A stretch of 60,723 nucleotides of DNA, counting the filler, from Platydemus manokwari (taxonomy: Eukaryota), in the NCBI GenBank assembly GCA_037951405.1. It is 5 parts of 5 records of this genome, joined end to end, with 100 filler letters (N's around TTAATTAATTAA, not from the genome) between each part and the next. Parts side by side here need not be neighbours in the genome. Positions count along the whole stretch, not along the records: positions 24,820 to 34,920 come from JBBMOY011169324.1; positions 35,021 to 49,226 come from JBBMOY011505859.1; 3 more parts are not named here. One strand, 5' to 3'. The position numbers were made by a program, and so were the translations under genes. Shown here one piece after another: positions 30,601 through 43,830 of the stretch. The stretch's first letter is position 1. Each line of letters starts with the position of its first letter. Below the pieces are notes generated by a model. The model ran no database searches, was not told where the DNA came from, and saw nothing but the letters and a program-made list of their open reading frames with translations.

Positions 30601-31865
30601 TAAAAGTGAATTTTAATTATTTCAAGCCGAATAATTCATGATAATTTGCAGTCAGTAATTTTTTTATTGTTATGATTATTATATCAGACCCACTGGTAGT
30701 ACTGGCCTTGCGATCTTCTAAAATCATTTAATAGTGTCATACTTGGTTTCCCTTTATTGTTATCTTGGTGTTACTATTCTTAAACAATATATTAACACTC
30801 ACTTCAGTAAATTGTATCTTAATTAACCAAATATATTTTATTGCTTTGCATTATTTCAGATTTATAATTTGAATATTATTTTTTATTATTCTCACCCGAA
30901 GGTTTATTTGCAGAAACAACTTTATCTGTTGGAGTCCAGATTGGTTAATTTTTTTTAATAAATCCATCTGATATAAGCAAACGAATTAATCAATGTATTT
31001 TTAAATATTGTACCTTAAACTTGAATTATGAGCCAACTTACATAAATCATCAAAATCTTTAACAAAATTCTTTAATTTACCACAGGTAAATTTGTAAAAC
31101 TCTTAGTTTTCTTGTTTTTGTATTAATTTTGTCCTGTTCATTAATAAAACTACGTCCTTAAATCGTTTGTTTTAATCAAAATAGTTCTTCTAAGTCAACA
31201 ACTGTGATAAATTCCTGAGTTCCGGCTATCGAAATATCTATTAATAATCAGTGAAAAATATTATTTTTTATTTACTCAGTGCCTTTGATAACAATTATTT
31301 TAAAAAACGATAAATTCTGTAAAAATTCATTCTCTTTAAGGAAATTAATAAAATTTCCTTTCTTAGTGCTTTAAAATCACCTTTAAATTTAATAAATTGC
31401 TGTTGTTTAAAATTTCCATTAAAAGATGTAATAAAACTCAACAAACAAATTGATCACCAATTCAAAATGACGAATACAAATATCAATTAATAATTAAATT
31501 TGAATATATGATCAAAGATCAATGAAGTTATTAATCAGTCCAAAATTCATAAAACAGAGGCCATGACATAATTTTCACAGAGATGACGAAACACTACAAA
31601 AACGTAAATCGATTGACAATATCAATTAATCGATAATCACAAGACGGTAGATGATTGATTGCAAAATCCACCGGGTTTTATTTGCGATAAGACTCAAATT
31701 TATTCAATTAAATTTAAAAATAATTTCCATCATGAAAATCAAAATTTTAAATAATTACATAACAAAATTTTCCCAAAATAAATAAGTGAAAGAACTTAAA
31801 ATATCTCATTTTATATCCGCAACACCGAAACAATATCTCAAAGAATTCATATTTGTTGGAAAATC

Positions 31866-32671
31866 TTACACAAATATTTGCACAATTTGTGAATAGGCAA
31901 GCCAACCACATTATAATAGTCTCCTTCGATACGGCTTATAAATGATGAAGCTAAACCTTGAATAGCATATGAACCAGCCTTGCCTCTGAATCAAATTATT
32001 TGAGGAAAACAAAAAGAATAATTAAATTTACAACGGTTCTTTGGTTGCTACATAATGCTTAACCATTTCAGGACTCAAATCTGCTACATACACATCAGTT
32101 TCTTCATGAAAAATATGACAATCTTCGACTGACTTATCTTTAATAACAAGAATACAAACACCTGTTATCACTTTATGTTTTTTACCACTTAACCTTAAAA
32201 CTTAATAGTAGAAAATAACAAACAAAATAATTTTACAATGTCAACATTTTGTCTGCATGTTCATCGTTTTCTGGCTTACCAAATATTTTCCCATCGTATT
32301 CAACAATTGTATCAGCACTGATAATCAAATCAACATTGTTCTGAAACAAAATTTACAGTGCTCAACAAACATCTAATAATAAAATTTCATGATTTACCTT
32401 ATAAGACATAACTTCCTCAATAATAAAATAAGCCTTTTCATAAGCGAGTTGTTTACAATATTCTTTATTATCTGGGAAATTTGAAGGAATTAGATTTTTC
32501 TCGTTATAGTTAGAAGGAAATACTTCAAAATCAATACCCTTAAAAATAATAAAAATGAATATAAATGTAAATTATGCAAACTAATTTATTAAGCAATTCA
32601 CTTCGTCTTGGCGAACTACTAGCTAATATTATATTTTTTCTCCTAATCTCATGTTTAATTGGTTCCAACAT
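31866..32671 (-). CDS. Maf-family dTTP/UTP pyrophosphatase (ASMTL N-terminal-like), stand-alone. Exons 32671-32582, 32538-32398, 32340-32237, 32193-32032, 31985-31866
   Basis: Absent from the ORF track. Spliced product has [38 protein letters not shown] and KAGSYAIQG...[12 protein letters not shown]. Four ~45-55 bp GT-AG introns, phases consistent. Confidence 0.93.
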
Positions 32672-34920
32672 TTTTCATAAAAATGATTGATGAAAACAAA
32701 CGGACAATTCACAAAAAAAATAAAACCTATTAAAATCAAATTTTCAAGTATTATTATACACTTAAGTGTGGATTAAAATAAAATCGGCATATTTTATTTT
32801 TACTTTTAATGTTTACTAATCTGGCGCTATTTCCAACTTGATAAAAAACAACAAAATTCTTAAGATAGTGATATTCTTACATTCACGATATTTAGCGAAT
32901 TAGATATACTTTTTACGAAATAGAATTATATAATATTAAATTCATGTATTTTTAAGACCACGGAAGTAATTTTGTTGATGGAATAATGTAAAATCAAATA
33001 AAATACATTCTAAGGGCCTCTAGAAAATTTGCTCTTTCCTTGCCTTGAAAATTTTCAAAACTTGTTCCAAAATTTGCTTTAATATCCAGTTGTGTATATA
33101 TTAATCTCTGTAAAATTATTTGCATCACTGACCAATTCAAAAAAGATAATGAATGACAATGACAAAGATATTAATTACCAAAAAGCACTTACTTTTAATA
33201 AGAGGTATATTTTTCAAAAATAACAAATTACAACTGGTTCTATGGCCATATACGATACAACTTGGTGTTACAATTTTTTTAATCAGTGAGCACGTTTGTA
33301 AATTTGGGAAATGTCGTTGAAAAGAATAAGCCTTGCTCTTTAGATAGTAAATAATATGAGACGATATAAATTACTGATAATTTTACAATAATGTATCTTA
33401 TTATTTATTTTGGGGGTATATTATTGGCATCTTCGACTGCAATACTGGGCATTTACAGAGTGCTGATCTCCAGCTTGAAATGAACTTCTCTCTTCTGCTA
33501 TGTAGTCGTGGCGTGACTACGGTCTTATAACAGTTACCATTGGGTCTCATCTTAATTATGTCCTGATTGTGTAACTGTGTGATCATGGAATTGTGCATGC
33601 AATAATTGTGACCTTCACCTTATTAGTTCTCTAGAGAGATTCAGTAACTCGTATGACGACCAAGTTACCGGAAAAATTACTGAAATTTTTAAAGGTTAAA
33701 GATTATAGAAATAATTGATTGTTGCAACTAGGACCATTTGTCCGGATGCAGCAATTATGGCTGGTACTGAACATACACAATCACAAATGAATAAATTAAT
33801 ATCATTAAAGATATGTAAAGATATTATTATGGAATGGTTAATAAGTCTATTGTTGTTAATAAAATTTATTTAGGAAAAATGAAAAATGAAAAAACAAAAT
33901 AAAAATAATTTTACTAAGCTACGCAACGCACTACACAAGTTTGTTACCGATTTACAATTTAAAAGAATTAAGACAATATCCATACAAAGGTTAATTATTA
34001 AAATCATTACGATACAAAACATAATAATAAACTAATATTATTAATATTAAGCACTTCACATTAAAGCAAAATAAAATGAAAATGTAATACAAAAATTCAA
34101 ATCAATTAAAAAGTTTTAAGAAATCAGTTTTATGGATCATTTAAAAATAATATACTTTGGGTGGGTTGAAATTGGCCTTGCTCAGATTTGAGTTTTTATT
34201 ACTGGAATGGTTTTGGATTATTGAAATCAGATTTTAGATATTTTGGGGAAATTGATACATGGTTTTATGCTGGTTATAGTTTGATTGATATTTGGGTTTG
34301 TTGACACCCTCAATATATATATAAAAATCAGAAGTTCACATACTTTTATATTCAATGAAAAATAGTGAAAGATCACTAAAATGACAATTGTCTATGTTAA
34401 TTTATTTGATTCTAATTGATAGCATCATCTTCAGTAGCTCACCTACACTAAAGAAAGAGATTCAGGTGAAACGACATTGAGATACCTTAACAACATTGAT
34501 TAAACTCAAGTGATATAAAAATTAGAATTAACTAAATGTGCTAGAATTTAAAGAGAATTACGATCTAAAATTTGCTGGTAGATTTATTCCAAACTATAAA
34601 GCATAAGAGAAACAATTACATATTATAAATAAGATATTAGATTTAGTTTCAGTAATAAAGGCGAGATTATAGTCTTTAATAGAACGTTATAAATTATAAG
34701 TTATTATAATTTACGTAATTTACAAGAATATTGATGATTAAATAAGAATAAGCATAGGTAACAATAAGGCGATAGAAAATGTACAAGCTGGTATTTATTA
34801 TAGAGAAAAACAGAGGTAAACCAAAATGAAACAATAACAAGCATTCTGTAATATATGTATATATGTATTTGTTTAAATACTATATATTTGTACAATCTTT
34901 TGAATTAATAAATATTAATA

Positions 34921-35020
34921 NNNNNNNNNNNNNNNNNNNNNNNNNNNNNNNNNNNNNNNNNNNNTTAATTAATTAANNNNNNNNNNNNNNNNNNNNNNNN
35001 NNNNNNNNNNNNNNNNNNNN
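34921..35020. other. Artificial contig spacer
   Basis: 44 N + TTAATTAATTAA + 44 N. Confidence 0.98.
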
Positions 35021-35317
35021 TTTTATTAAGATCATTACATGATTGATACAATATATAAATGTAATTTTGGTCTTATCTTTTAGGTATTTCAATAATAATA
35101 ATAGTAATGATTATAATAATAGTGATAATAATAATGATTGTGATGAAGTCTAAGGAAACATGATTAATGTTTTCAACCTTTAAACAGTATTGATATTATT
35201 AAGTAAATGAATTAGGTATTTTTGTGGCTTCAAATGGTAGCTTTTAATAACCAATTAGCTTGGTGACAAATAATTCTTATCGATTCATCTTTAGTTGTGT
35301 TATTGATTTCTTTCTAG

Positions 35318-38300
35318 GTTCTATTCCTGTCGTAACACTCAATTATTCTTCATTGATGTTCAAATCATCTTATTCACGTGATCAAGTAGAAACTTGTGTC
35401 AGGGAATTGATTAATGCCACCAACAGTTCCATTGCTAATCAAACTAGCACCGAACTTGTTTTCACAAAAATCGGTCGCTTACAAATACGAAATCAACAGG
35501 TGAAATTTAAATTTTACAAAAATTTCATTGCCAATATTGATGGGAGTGGCAAAATTATCAATAGCATGCAAAATGTAATGTTTTTGTACTTTGTAATTTG
35601 ATGGATAAATTATTTCATCATTAGCGACCAGGAACAGCTGATTCGGTTATGTCAGAGAGACCACCAACAAGATCATTTTCCAATGTTATACCATTACCGA
35701 AGTAGGTTTGCAATTTAATATAGTATTCTATTTCAGAATTTTATCTATGTGATATTAGAAATATATTTTCTCAACAAAACTCCCACAAAGAATCCCAATA
35801 ACAATTTTATTACTTCTTCGTTACAAAATGTGAAATGATAATCATATAACTCAGAGCATATTAATTCATTATTATATAACAGGGGTGGCCAACCGGTCGA
35901 TCTTGAAGCCAATTTTAGTCTATCGCGTGAGATGTTATTCAAATGAAAAGTCGATCTTTCGTACACAAAAGTTGGCCACCTCTATTATATAATATAAACT
36001 CCATTAATTTCATTTAATACAATAGAATATTAATTTATTGATTTTTATTAATATGTCGTTAATATTACGAGTACTTATATTTGATAAATAAAATTTTATA
36101 TAATTTTCATTTTTATATTTATGATTTTCATTTGTTATTTTCGTCTGAAGTTATGGATTTAAGCTTATTCGATGGATTTGAATGATAAAAATCATAAATT
36201 CACTTCGAACTTTATCAATTCTAAACCATTTGGGTATGAAAAGCAATTATATGAGAAAGTGCATTTATCGCTGACCTATTAAGCGAGTTTATAAAGAAAT
36301 GAAAAAAAGCATTTCTCCTTAATATAACATTATATAAAAAGTAGATAATAAATATGCATTCTAATTTTGTCATATTTGGGGCTGATAACTTTTAAAAGGT
36401 ATTTTTACTACATTCTGAACTCGATTACTATTTTATTATATCAATTAAATATTGATCGAATTATTATCTGAACTTGTTAATGAGGATTTTGATTGGAATT
36501 TCAGAATATCGTCTTTCAATGATTGTCATAGACTTGAGACTATAAATGAGAGGGATGTATTCGAATCGAAAAATTTAGATTTAGAAACATCTAACGTTTT
36601 GAGACTCGATGAAGATGGTAATCAGAATTCCAGTTACACTCAGCAGTTTGAAGATGAAGGTAAATAATTTTAATGAATGCAAATTGCTTCATAAGAATAA
36701 CTATTATAATATAATAATAATTATAAGTACTATTATTATCATTATTATTACTTTGTGATTGCATTCAATGTTTTATTATTATCAGCATCATTATGTTTCA
36801 TTTTAGCTGAAGATTGTAATTATATAAGTCCTTTAACTGAATCAAACAACTTCAACGCAATTCCTAATTCTGTTGGTATGAATCAGACATTTTCTGTGAG
36901 TTCCCAATCCGTAACTGAAAAGTCCACGAATTCAGAAAATTGCAACGGAGCCTTATGCGATACAGTTACAACCGACCACAACGATATATTAACATCTATT
37001 GATATCGACCTCAAACCACTGCCTACTCCAAAGCCTCCGTCGAGATCATCTTTAATTTCTCAACATAAAAGACCCACTTCTGTTTATTCGAACAGCCGAC
37101 CATCAACATCAGCTTCGTCGTCATGTGGACACCCAGGTCCAGCTGGTCAAGATTTATGTTACGTTTGCTATCAACGAGAAAAGAGAAATGTACCTATTTC
37201 TTTCACAGAACAAATCAAGGAGCGTGAAAAAGAAGAAGAACGTGTCTTACAAGCTTTTCAAAATATGAAAGATACCGAACACTTTCTTAAGGAACAAGTA
37301 TGCCGATAATGTTTTTTGTTTCTAATAATAGTAATTCATTCTAAATTTTGCACAGTTTCAGAAAGGCCTTTAGGAAAATTATCCTAAAATTTCTCTTTTA
37401 ATTCCAAATTCATTTTGAAAAGAATTTTAACTGTTAAATGTACTTACAGTGGTTATAAAATGAATTTGTTTTTCACTAGGAGAATCTTTTATCAAGAAAA
37501 CACGACAGTCAAAAAATTGCCGCATTTAACGCGGGCGTGGCTGATGCAGTTCGTAACCAACAGAGATCAAAAGATCCAAACATGTATCGATCATATTTAT
37601 TTGAAAAGCGACCCTTGACTCCTCCGAGAATAATTAAACAGAATCTGCTCAGGTAATACACCAGTGGTCTCCAGAGTGAATCTAAAAGTTGAAAATCATT
37701 TAGTTCTCAGCTTGATAAACAGGTTGAATGGAAAGTAAACTCCAAAAAGAAAAACGATGAAGAGGAAGCTTTCGTCGAAAGACTGGAACAAATTCAGTTA
37801 GCAGAAGATCTTGCCAAGCAACGTGATCAGTATATTAAAGATAAAGAAAAGTCAAAAGACCTTTACAAAAAAGCTTTGGATACACAAGTTTGATTTTCTT
37901 TGGAATCATTTTAAAATACAGACAAATCGATTTTTAACAGATTGATTCTAAACCATTACCCATTCCAAAATATCAGCCGGATTCAGAAGAACCGTTTTTC
38001 GGAAAAAACGATGTTACTCAGGAAAAACTGATAGAAAAGCGATCAAAAGCTCGAGAAATTTCGAAGAACCAACTTGAAGCTGCTGAACAAAAGAAACGAG
38101 ATGCTTTGATAAAGAAAATCCAAGAGCAGACTCACGAGGAAAAGGTTCTTGACAAAGTGAAACACGAGTAAAAATATATTTCAATTGAATATTTTTGTGA
38201 TTGATGCAAATATGTAAACACTTGTACTGGTTTTGCAGTGAAAAAATGTTAATAATAACAGCTATTTATTCAATAAACATTATATTTTATGATAACCCTG

Positions 38301-38991
38301 ACAAAAGTAAGATTCCAAAAAATTAACTTGCCAGAATAATGATTGTGGCCTTTCTGAGGATTGGGTCAGATATAATATCTTCTCAACTGGTGGTCCACGC
38401 AGTGTCCTTCATCAAAATGTTTTATTCCTCATCTTCCAACTGATGAGAGAAATCTTCGGTAACTTATTTTATGTCCAAGAAGTCATTGATCGTCCGTAAA
38501 TTACAAGTTTGAGAGAATTATCATTTTGACACTCACCCGAGGGCCTCGATCATCTAGACGTTCTGTTTATTGTCACCAGTATAACTGCAAATTAAGAGCC
38601 CCGCTTGATACACCACATAGTTTATATATTTTGTTTAAATTATTAAAAAATTAATTTTATCAGAAACATCATCATTATTTAATATCGGTTATTAAGCCAT
38701 TTTCAGATTATTTTCATTTTCAGTGTCATTGAAGATCGAGCTAGACGATATCAAAGAGCTTTACAGAATAGAATGAAATTGGAAAATGAGTGGGAGCGGG
38801 CAAAGGAAGAGAAACAAGAGCGAGATCTGATGGAAAGATTGAAGATCTCGATGCCGGATAAATTGTTGATGCATGAACAGTGTGATAAATATACGAGATG
38901 TACACAATGCAAAAGAAAAGTCCACAACATTGGTCAAAGCAATGTTTGGAAAGAAACTTATTTCAATACTGGCACGAGATTTATTTATTAG
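35318..38991 (+). CDS. CCDC81: Coiled-coil domain-containing protein 81-like, 5' incomplete. Exons 35318-35574, 35625-35701, 36505-36659, 36807-37297, 37480-37652, 37704-37887, 37941-38167, 38724-38991
   Basis: IPVVTLNYSSL..SRDQVETCVRE..ELVFTKIGRLQIRNQQVKFKFYKNFI (HU-like domain), AGQDLCYVCYQR and C-terminal HEQCDKYTRCTQCKR..NIGQSNVW, recognised from memory as CCDC81 motifs. GT-AG junctions. Confidence 0.85.
35880..35984. mobile_element. 105-bp hAT-type MITE in a CCDC81 intron
   Basis: TIRs CAGGGGTGGCCAAC / GTTGGCCACCTCTA (12/14 match); perfect 8-bp TSD TTATATAA at 35872-35879 and 35985-35992. Confidence 0.85.
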
Positions 38992-40202
38992 AATACTTCA
39001 AGGGAATAGTTCTCCAATGATTTAGTCAAACATAGAGGCCATTCTACTTTGCTTGTGAATGACCGACTATAGATAACATGAAAAGTTTTGATTAATTTTC
39101 TTTAATTCTCAGAATCTATTATGAGTTCTTGAACTATTTTAATTAGCTAATCGGTCTATTATATTTTTGTATTGTTTGAATGTGTTAATAAATATTATTT
39201 TGCTATTTTATTACAATCCAAATCAATTTTTTTTGGCTCGTTTATTTAATTTTTTATTGTATGACTTAGAATTGTTCAAGTTGGTAGATGAATGAATCAC
39301 TAAAAATCAAATGAAACTAATTGAAAATGGAATTTTAGTCACAGAAAATTAATTTAGAAGATAAAATTGCTTGAAAATTGTTTTAGTCGTTAACTTTTTA
39401 CAAGCAAATACTGACATAATCGAAAAATGTGAGTTAAACACAATAAAAATAAAAGTCCTCTTTTCTGGTGTATTTCAACTACATGGTATAAAATCGCGAA
39501 GCAACTGTTGAATTTTGTTCCTCAAGTTAATTTGGAATATTTTTGAGAATGGACACATTAACGGAATATGTGAATTTAGTGATTCCACATTGTTGAGGAA
39601 TAAACTCAAATCAATAAATTATTAATAAATGGTGCCCTAATTTTTTGAAATCGCTTGCTTACTATATTATTTTCATTAGCAGCTGATTTATTATATTTTC
39701 AACAATATTTTATTGGGTTTTTAGTGATGTAAAAATAATTTTTGGTGCTCTATTTGAAGAGCTTATTAAGAGTTTACAGTAAGATTACGTTTTTACTAAT
39801 TAGATTTTTTTTAGTAATATAATTTTAATATACTTTCAATTTTCATTTTATGATTAAAATTTGATGCTTAAAGAACACGTAATTATACAATCAGAATTAA
39901 TCCAGGAGTTAAATACACTACACTGATACAAGCGCTGAGTTTGGTGACTATCAGAGTTAACAGACAATGATTTGAACATCATTAAAAAATGTCTTATAGT
40001 TATAGAAGTATAAAATATTCTTATTAATAATGCTATATAACAGTTTTATTTGCGTGTGAAGACATTAATGATTATTAATGTATAATTAGGAAAATTTTTA
40101 AATATATTATTTGTTACGTTAATAATATTTATGAAATGATTTTTATCCATTCCAGTTAGAAAATTTGAAAATTCGTTAAAACTGTTGAGTGAGATGAAAT
40201 TC

Positions 40203-40592
40203 TGCAAAAAGAAAAACGAAATTACACCTTGGAACCTTATTTTGGCACTTTGAGCATTTGGATGCCTGGACGGCCATACAGGCACCCCAATGGGTCAATT
40301 ACAGTGAAGCTAGCTAGTAAATTACAATCGTGAAAAAGGGCATAACTACACAGAACACATCTAGGAATTGACCAATCCCATTCATGTAAAAACCCAAATA
40401 GCCAATAAGAACACAGAAAGGCAAACATCAAATCAAACTGCAGTTCATCTTGACACAGAAAGATGCACACAGGTCGCGAGTATAAAAAGCAATGTAAAGA
40501 TAGTTAACTGCCAGTTGAAAGACAGATTTGGTGAAACTATTGAGCTCATATCGATTGCCGAGTTCTTTTCAGTGTGTTTGTATATTGATTAA
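40203..40592 (+). repeat. Dispersed repeat, copy A (diverged copy ~59402-59712)
   Basis: CAAAA(A)GAAAAACGAA.TT.CACCTTGGA.CC...GCACTTT.AGCATTTG.ATGCCT.GAC...ACAGGCA is shared with 59.4 kb; weaker similarity continues downstream. Confidence 0.75.
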
Positions 40593-40599
40593 CATACCT

Positions 40600-41415
40600 T
40601 CGAGGAGTCAGAGTTTGATATTCCTTAATACCCCAACAATTATTTGGTGAGCCCTTATTCGAGCACTTTTACGATAATGTATTCAGAGAACCAGGATTCA
40701 GATTTTGCGTACCATCTATCAACACTTGCAGAAAAAGCATTCGGACCGAAAGCAAAGTGGCCAGCACAAACACGAAAAGTGGTTGAGGATCAATTTTTGA
40801 AAAGAGTGCATCAACACATCAGCACAGTGCTCAGTCTCGTCGATTATACCACCTACGATGAACTCATAAAAAGTTATGAGGGTAGAAATGAACTCTACAT
40901 CTATAATTCGTCAGCCTGTCACGTATGCCACAGAAACAGATCTCTCCTTGATGGGAAAAATTGAGAGGCTATCACCCAAGAAATCCATTGACAATATCCT
41001 CCCAAAATCCACGCGATTATTCACAAAATCACGTCAATTGTCGGTCAGAGACTCTCCAAAGAAGCGGCTAGGGGTGATATGCTTTAAATGCAACCGAATT
41101 TTACATTATGCCAATCAATGCTAATTTACATTTGCCAGTGAAAATCTAACGAAATCTCGAAGTAGTTCCACTTCTTCAATTCTTAAAAGGCAAGATTCAC
41201 CAATTCAAGACAATAGATCATGCTTTACATGCGGTAAAATCGGTCATATTTCGAGAGACCTTAAAAAGGAATCTTCACAAAATCACCGCAAAGAGACATT
41301 GTTAACACCCAGGGTCATATTAAATCCTTCTCCTGCGGTCACTTCCGGCATTTTGCCAGATCATGTCCGCGAAACACAAGTAGATTTCAGCAATCGTCTT
41401 CCAAATAGAAAGTAA
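40600..41415 (+). pseudogene. gag: Retroelement gag (Ty3/Gypsy-like) with two CCHC zinc knuckles, disrupted
   Basis: DFAYHLSTLAEKAF..VVEDQFLK..TYDELIK capsid-like segment; CFKCNRILHYANQC (41080-41121); CFTCGKIGHISRD (41221-41259, last Cys lost). Frameshift near 40875 and stop at 41122. Confidence 0.8.
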
Positions 41416-41550
41416 GCTTTCAAGACGATCATTCAAAGTTAATTTAACACAATCTGAATCACAAAATCCATGGGAATCAGAAATATCAATGATGAAAAAT
41501 AAACTGGAACTATCGATCGAGAGACTAGAAGGTGAAAAGGGCTTAATTTA

Positions 41551-42810
41551 ATGATCAAACCAAATCAGTTGTTGAGATGGAGAAATGAAGATTATGATAG
41601 TAGTGGTGAGAATATTGATGATGATGAGAGTATTAAAAAATTGAAAAGTTGGAAAATAAAATTAAAGACTTGTATGATGCATTTTTGTGGAAATTTCGAG
41701 AATAGTTTGGATTACGGTGACGGACAGCCGAGAGCTTTCTAATTTAGGTGGAAACGAAAATGAATTATGTTCGGTTATGTCGTCGCAGCTTTTTAGGAGT
41801 AGAACAATTAATTCAGGATTTATGAAGGTAATGACGGAAATGTTAGATTTTATAGCAGTTACTTATAAAGGAAAAGATTTTGAGATTTTTGTTGAAAATT
41901 GGGTAGGAGATTTGATTAAAGTAAAACTAAATTCTTTTTCGAGAGTTCGACATGTTAGAAGCCAGATTGTCGGAGGAGATGCTCCGCTTACGTTTTTGAA
42001 TCAAATTCTACGATATGATGATTATGTGATTATTTATGGCATCGTGCCAGAAAATGATATTGTTGTGAAAATGGAAAAAAGATGTATAGGAGAATGGAAG
42101 AACTCTACAGAAATGCTAAAGCAAGTGAATACGCTTTTAAAGGAGGAGTCATTGAATTTTAAGGAAATAGTGAAAATTTCGGAAATTATCCTTGAAAATA
42201 TACCAATGTTTCGTAATTTGAGTGAGTTAATATATTTCTTGGTACCGTATATAGAACAATATTTACCTATTAATTTTTACGTTGATTGGAATAATATAGA
42301 AAAAGAAGGCTTAAATCTACCTCCGTTTGAGATCAGTTTGATGAAATCAGGAGTTGAAATAGAGAATGTCAAAGAGCATTGATATACAAAGGTAAAAAGA
42401 ATCAGAAGAAGGATTTCAGAGAATTTGAGAAACGAAGCGGTTATTATCTTATCATATTGCGATCAAAATTTAGATTACGATGAATATTTGCTGAATTATA
42501 AATGTGTTGCTGGAAATGCAAACAAAATTAACTTCGAAGTTCATTACGAGAAAGGCATTATTAATGAGAACGTGGAATATGAGCGAGCCAACTTGCATAA
42601 AAATGACGTTACGTACGAAATTCAAGAGGCAGTATTTAACTTGCCATTTCATCAAGATTTTAATACTGATAATCATAATAATAATCATACAGACATTATC
42701 ATTAAAAAGGAAAATGCAGAATTTAATGAAATAGAATCAATCAACAATAAAAATCGAATATATTTAATGAAATCAAAAAATAAGAAAAGTAAGATATTAA
42801 GAAGTGGAAT
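41551..42810 (+). pseudogene. Unknown coding region leading in frame into the glycoprotein
   Basis: ORFs 41687-42382 and 42425-43099 share a frame and are separated only by TGA 42380-42382. ORF 41551-41742 may join by a frameshift. No recognisable domain. Confidence 0.6.
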
Positions 42811-43830
42811 GTTATCTTTGAACTTTTGGAGTAAAGCCATAATTTTTATGATGATGTTAATTATATTTAGCGTCGGTAATGAAGTTAAAACCTTAATAGC
42901 CTACGATTGCTCTAAAACAGAAATGGGAAAAATTTATTCGTTAATGGATATAACTGATTGCCCGGAAGCACATCCGATGAAAATCTCTAGTGGCGAAAAT
43001 GAGCATTATTTTCTATATCAGGAATCAAATTTTATTAGAGTGCAAGTAAAGGAATGCGTCGCTAAGAAGACAACTTTTGTTTTTCACTGTGGTAAATAGA
43101 GTCATACATCATTGATTATGATGAAGGCAATCCCCAGACCATTAGAGATAGACGCTGACAACTGCATAGCAGCTTTAAATTAAAAATAGACACTGGAATT
43201 AAATTATCAGCAAAAAGAGGTTATATCATGAGGGAATCCATTGTAGTTAGAGGATCCGTAGAAGCAGATGGAGAATGTAACGGAGAACCATTTAAATTTT
43301 CTGGGAAAATTGTCGATAAAGCTGTAGTGATGGAGGAATATTCCATCGAAATACGACAATGGGAACGCGACGAACTGAATGGGCAAATGCAAATTCATCC
43401 ATTCTGCAACTCAAAACACAAAAGTGCCAAACCGGTGAGCCAGTATAAGTTTATAATGTAAGGTCACAAGATTGCAATTTGGCATTTTTAAAAGAAACTA
43501 ATTTAATAGAAGTTAAGGGTGAACGAGTAAATGAAGTTATTAACAGCTTACATTCCGATCGAACACCCAAGAGCAAGATAAAGGCCATCCCAGTAAGAAC
43601 AAAGCGAACCCCAACTGTTTTAATGTCAATCTTGACTGAAGATGGAATGCGCTTTATCAAAAAAGACAGTACCAAAATCTGAAAAATTAGTGTATCAGAC
43701 CAACTATAAAAGATTATATGTATCAAAAACAAAATTAGAAAATGCCAAGGAAAAAGTCCATAGTGGCGATATCAAGTTGGCAGCGAGAGACATCGCTTGC
43801 ATGAATAAATTTAAGGAGGACCAAGAAAAT
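42811..43830 (+). pseudogene. Chuvirus-like (class III fusion) glycoprotein, env-like; N-terminal half, disrupted
   Basis: Hydrophobic signal FWSKAIIFMMMLIIFSVGNEVKT, then LIAYDC..YSLMDITDCP, LYQ...VQVKEC...FHCGK*SHTS, GSVEADGECNG..FSG..KAVV..YSIEI and VYQTNYKRLYV. This follows the Cys/motif order I recall for chuviral G proteins (YDC..SL..C; V.QC..CG.HSH; G.C.G; T.HP.L). Confidence 0.75.

Noticed and set aside
30680-31460. Exon-like pieces on the minus strand (30967-30896 MDLLKKINQSGLQQIKLFLQINLR; micro-exon 30817-30803)
   Set aside because: Splice signals look plausible, but upstream phases do not join into an open frame and no family was recognised.
33401-33598. Slightly GC-richer 65-aa ORF, possible retroelement scrap
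   Set aside because: No convincing motif.
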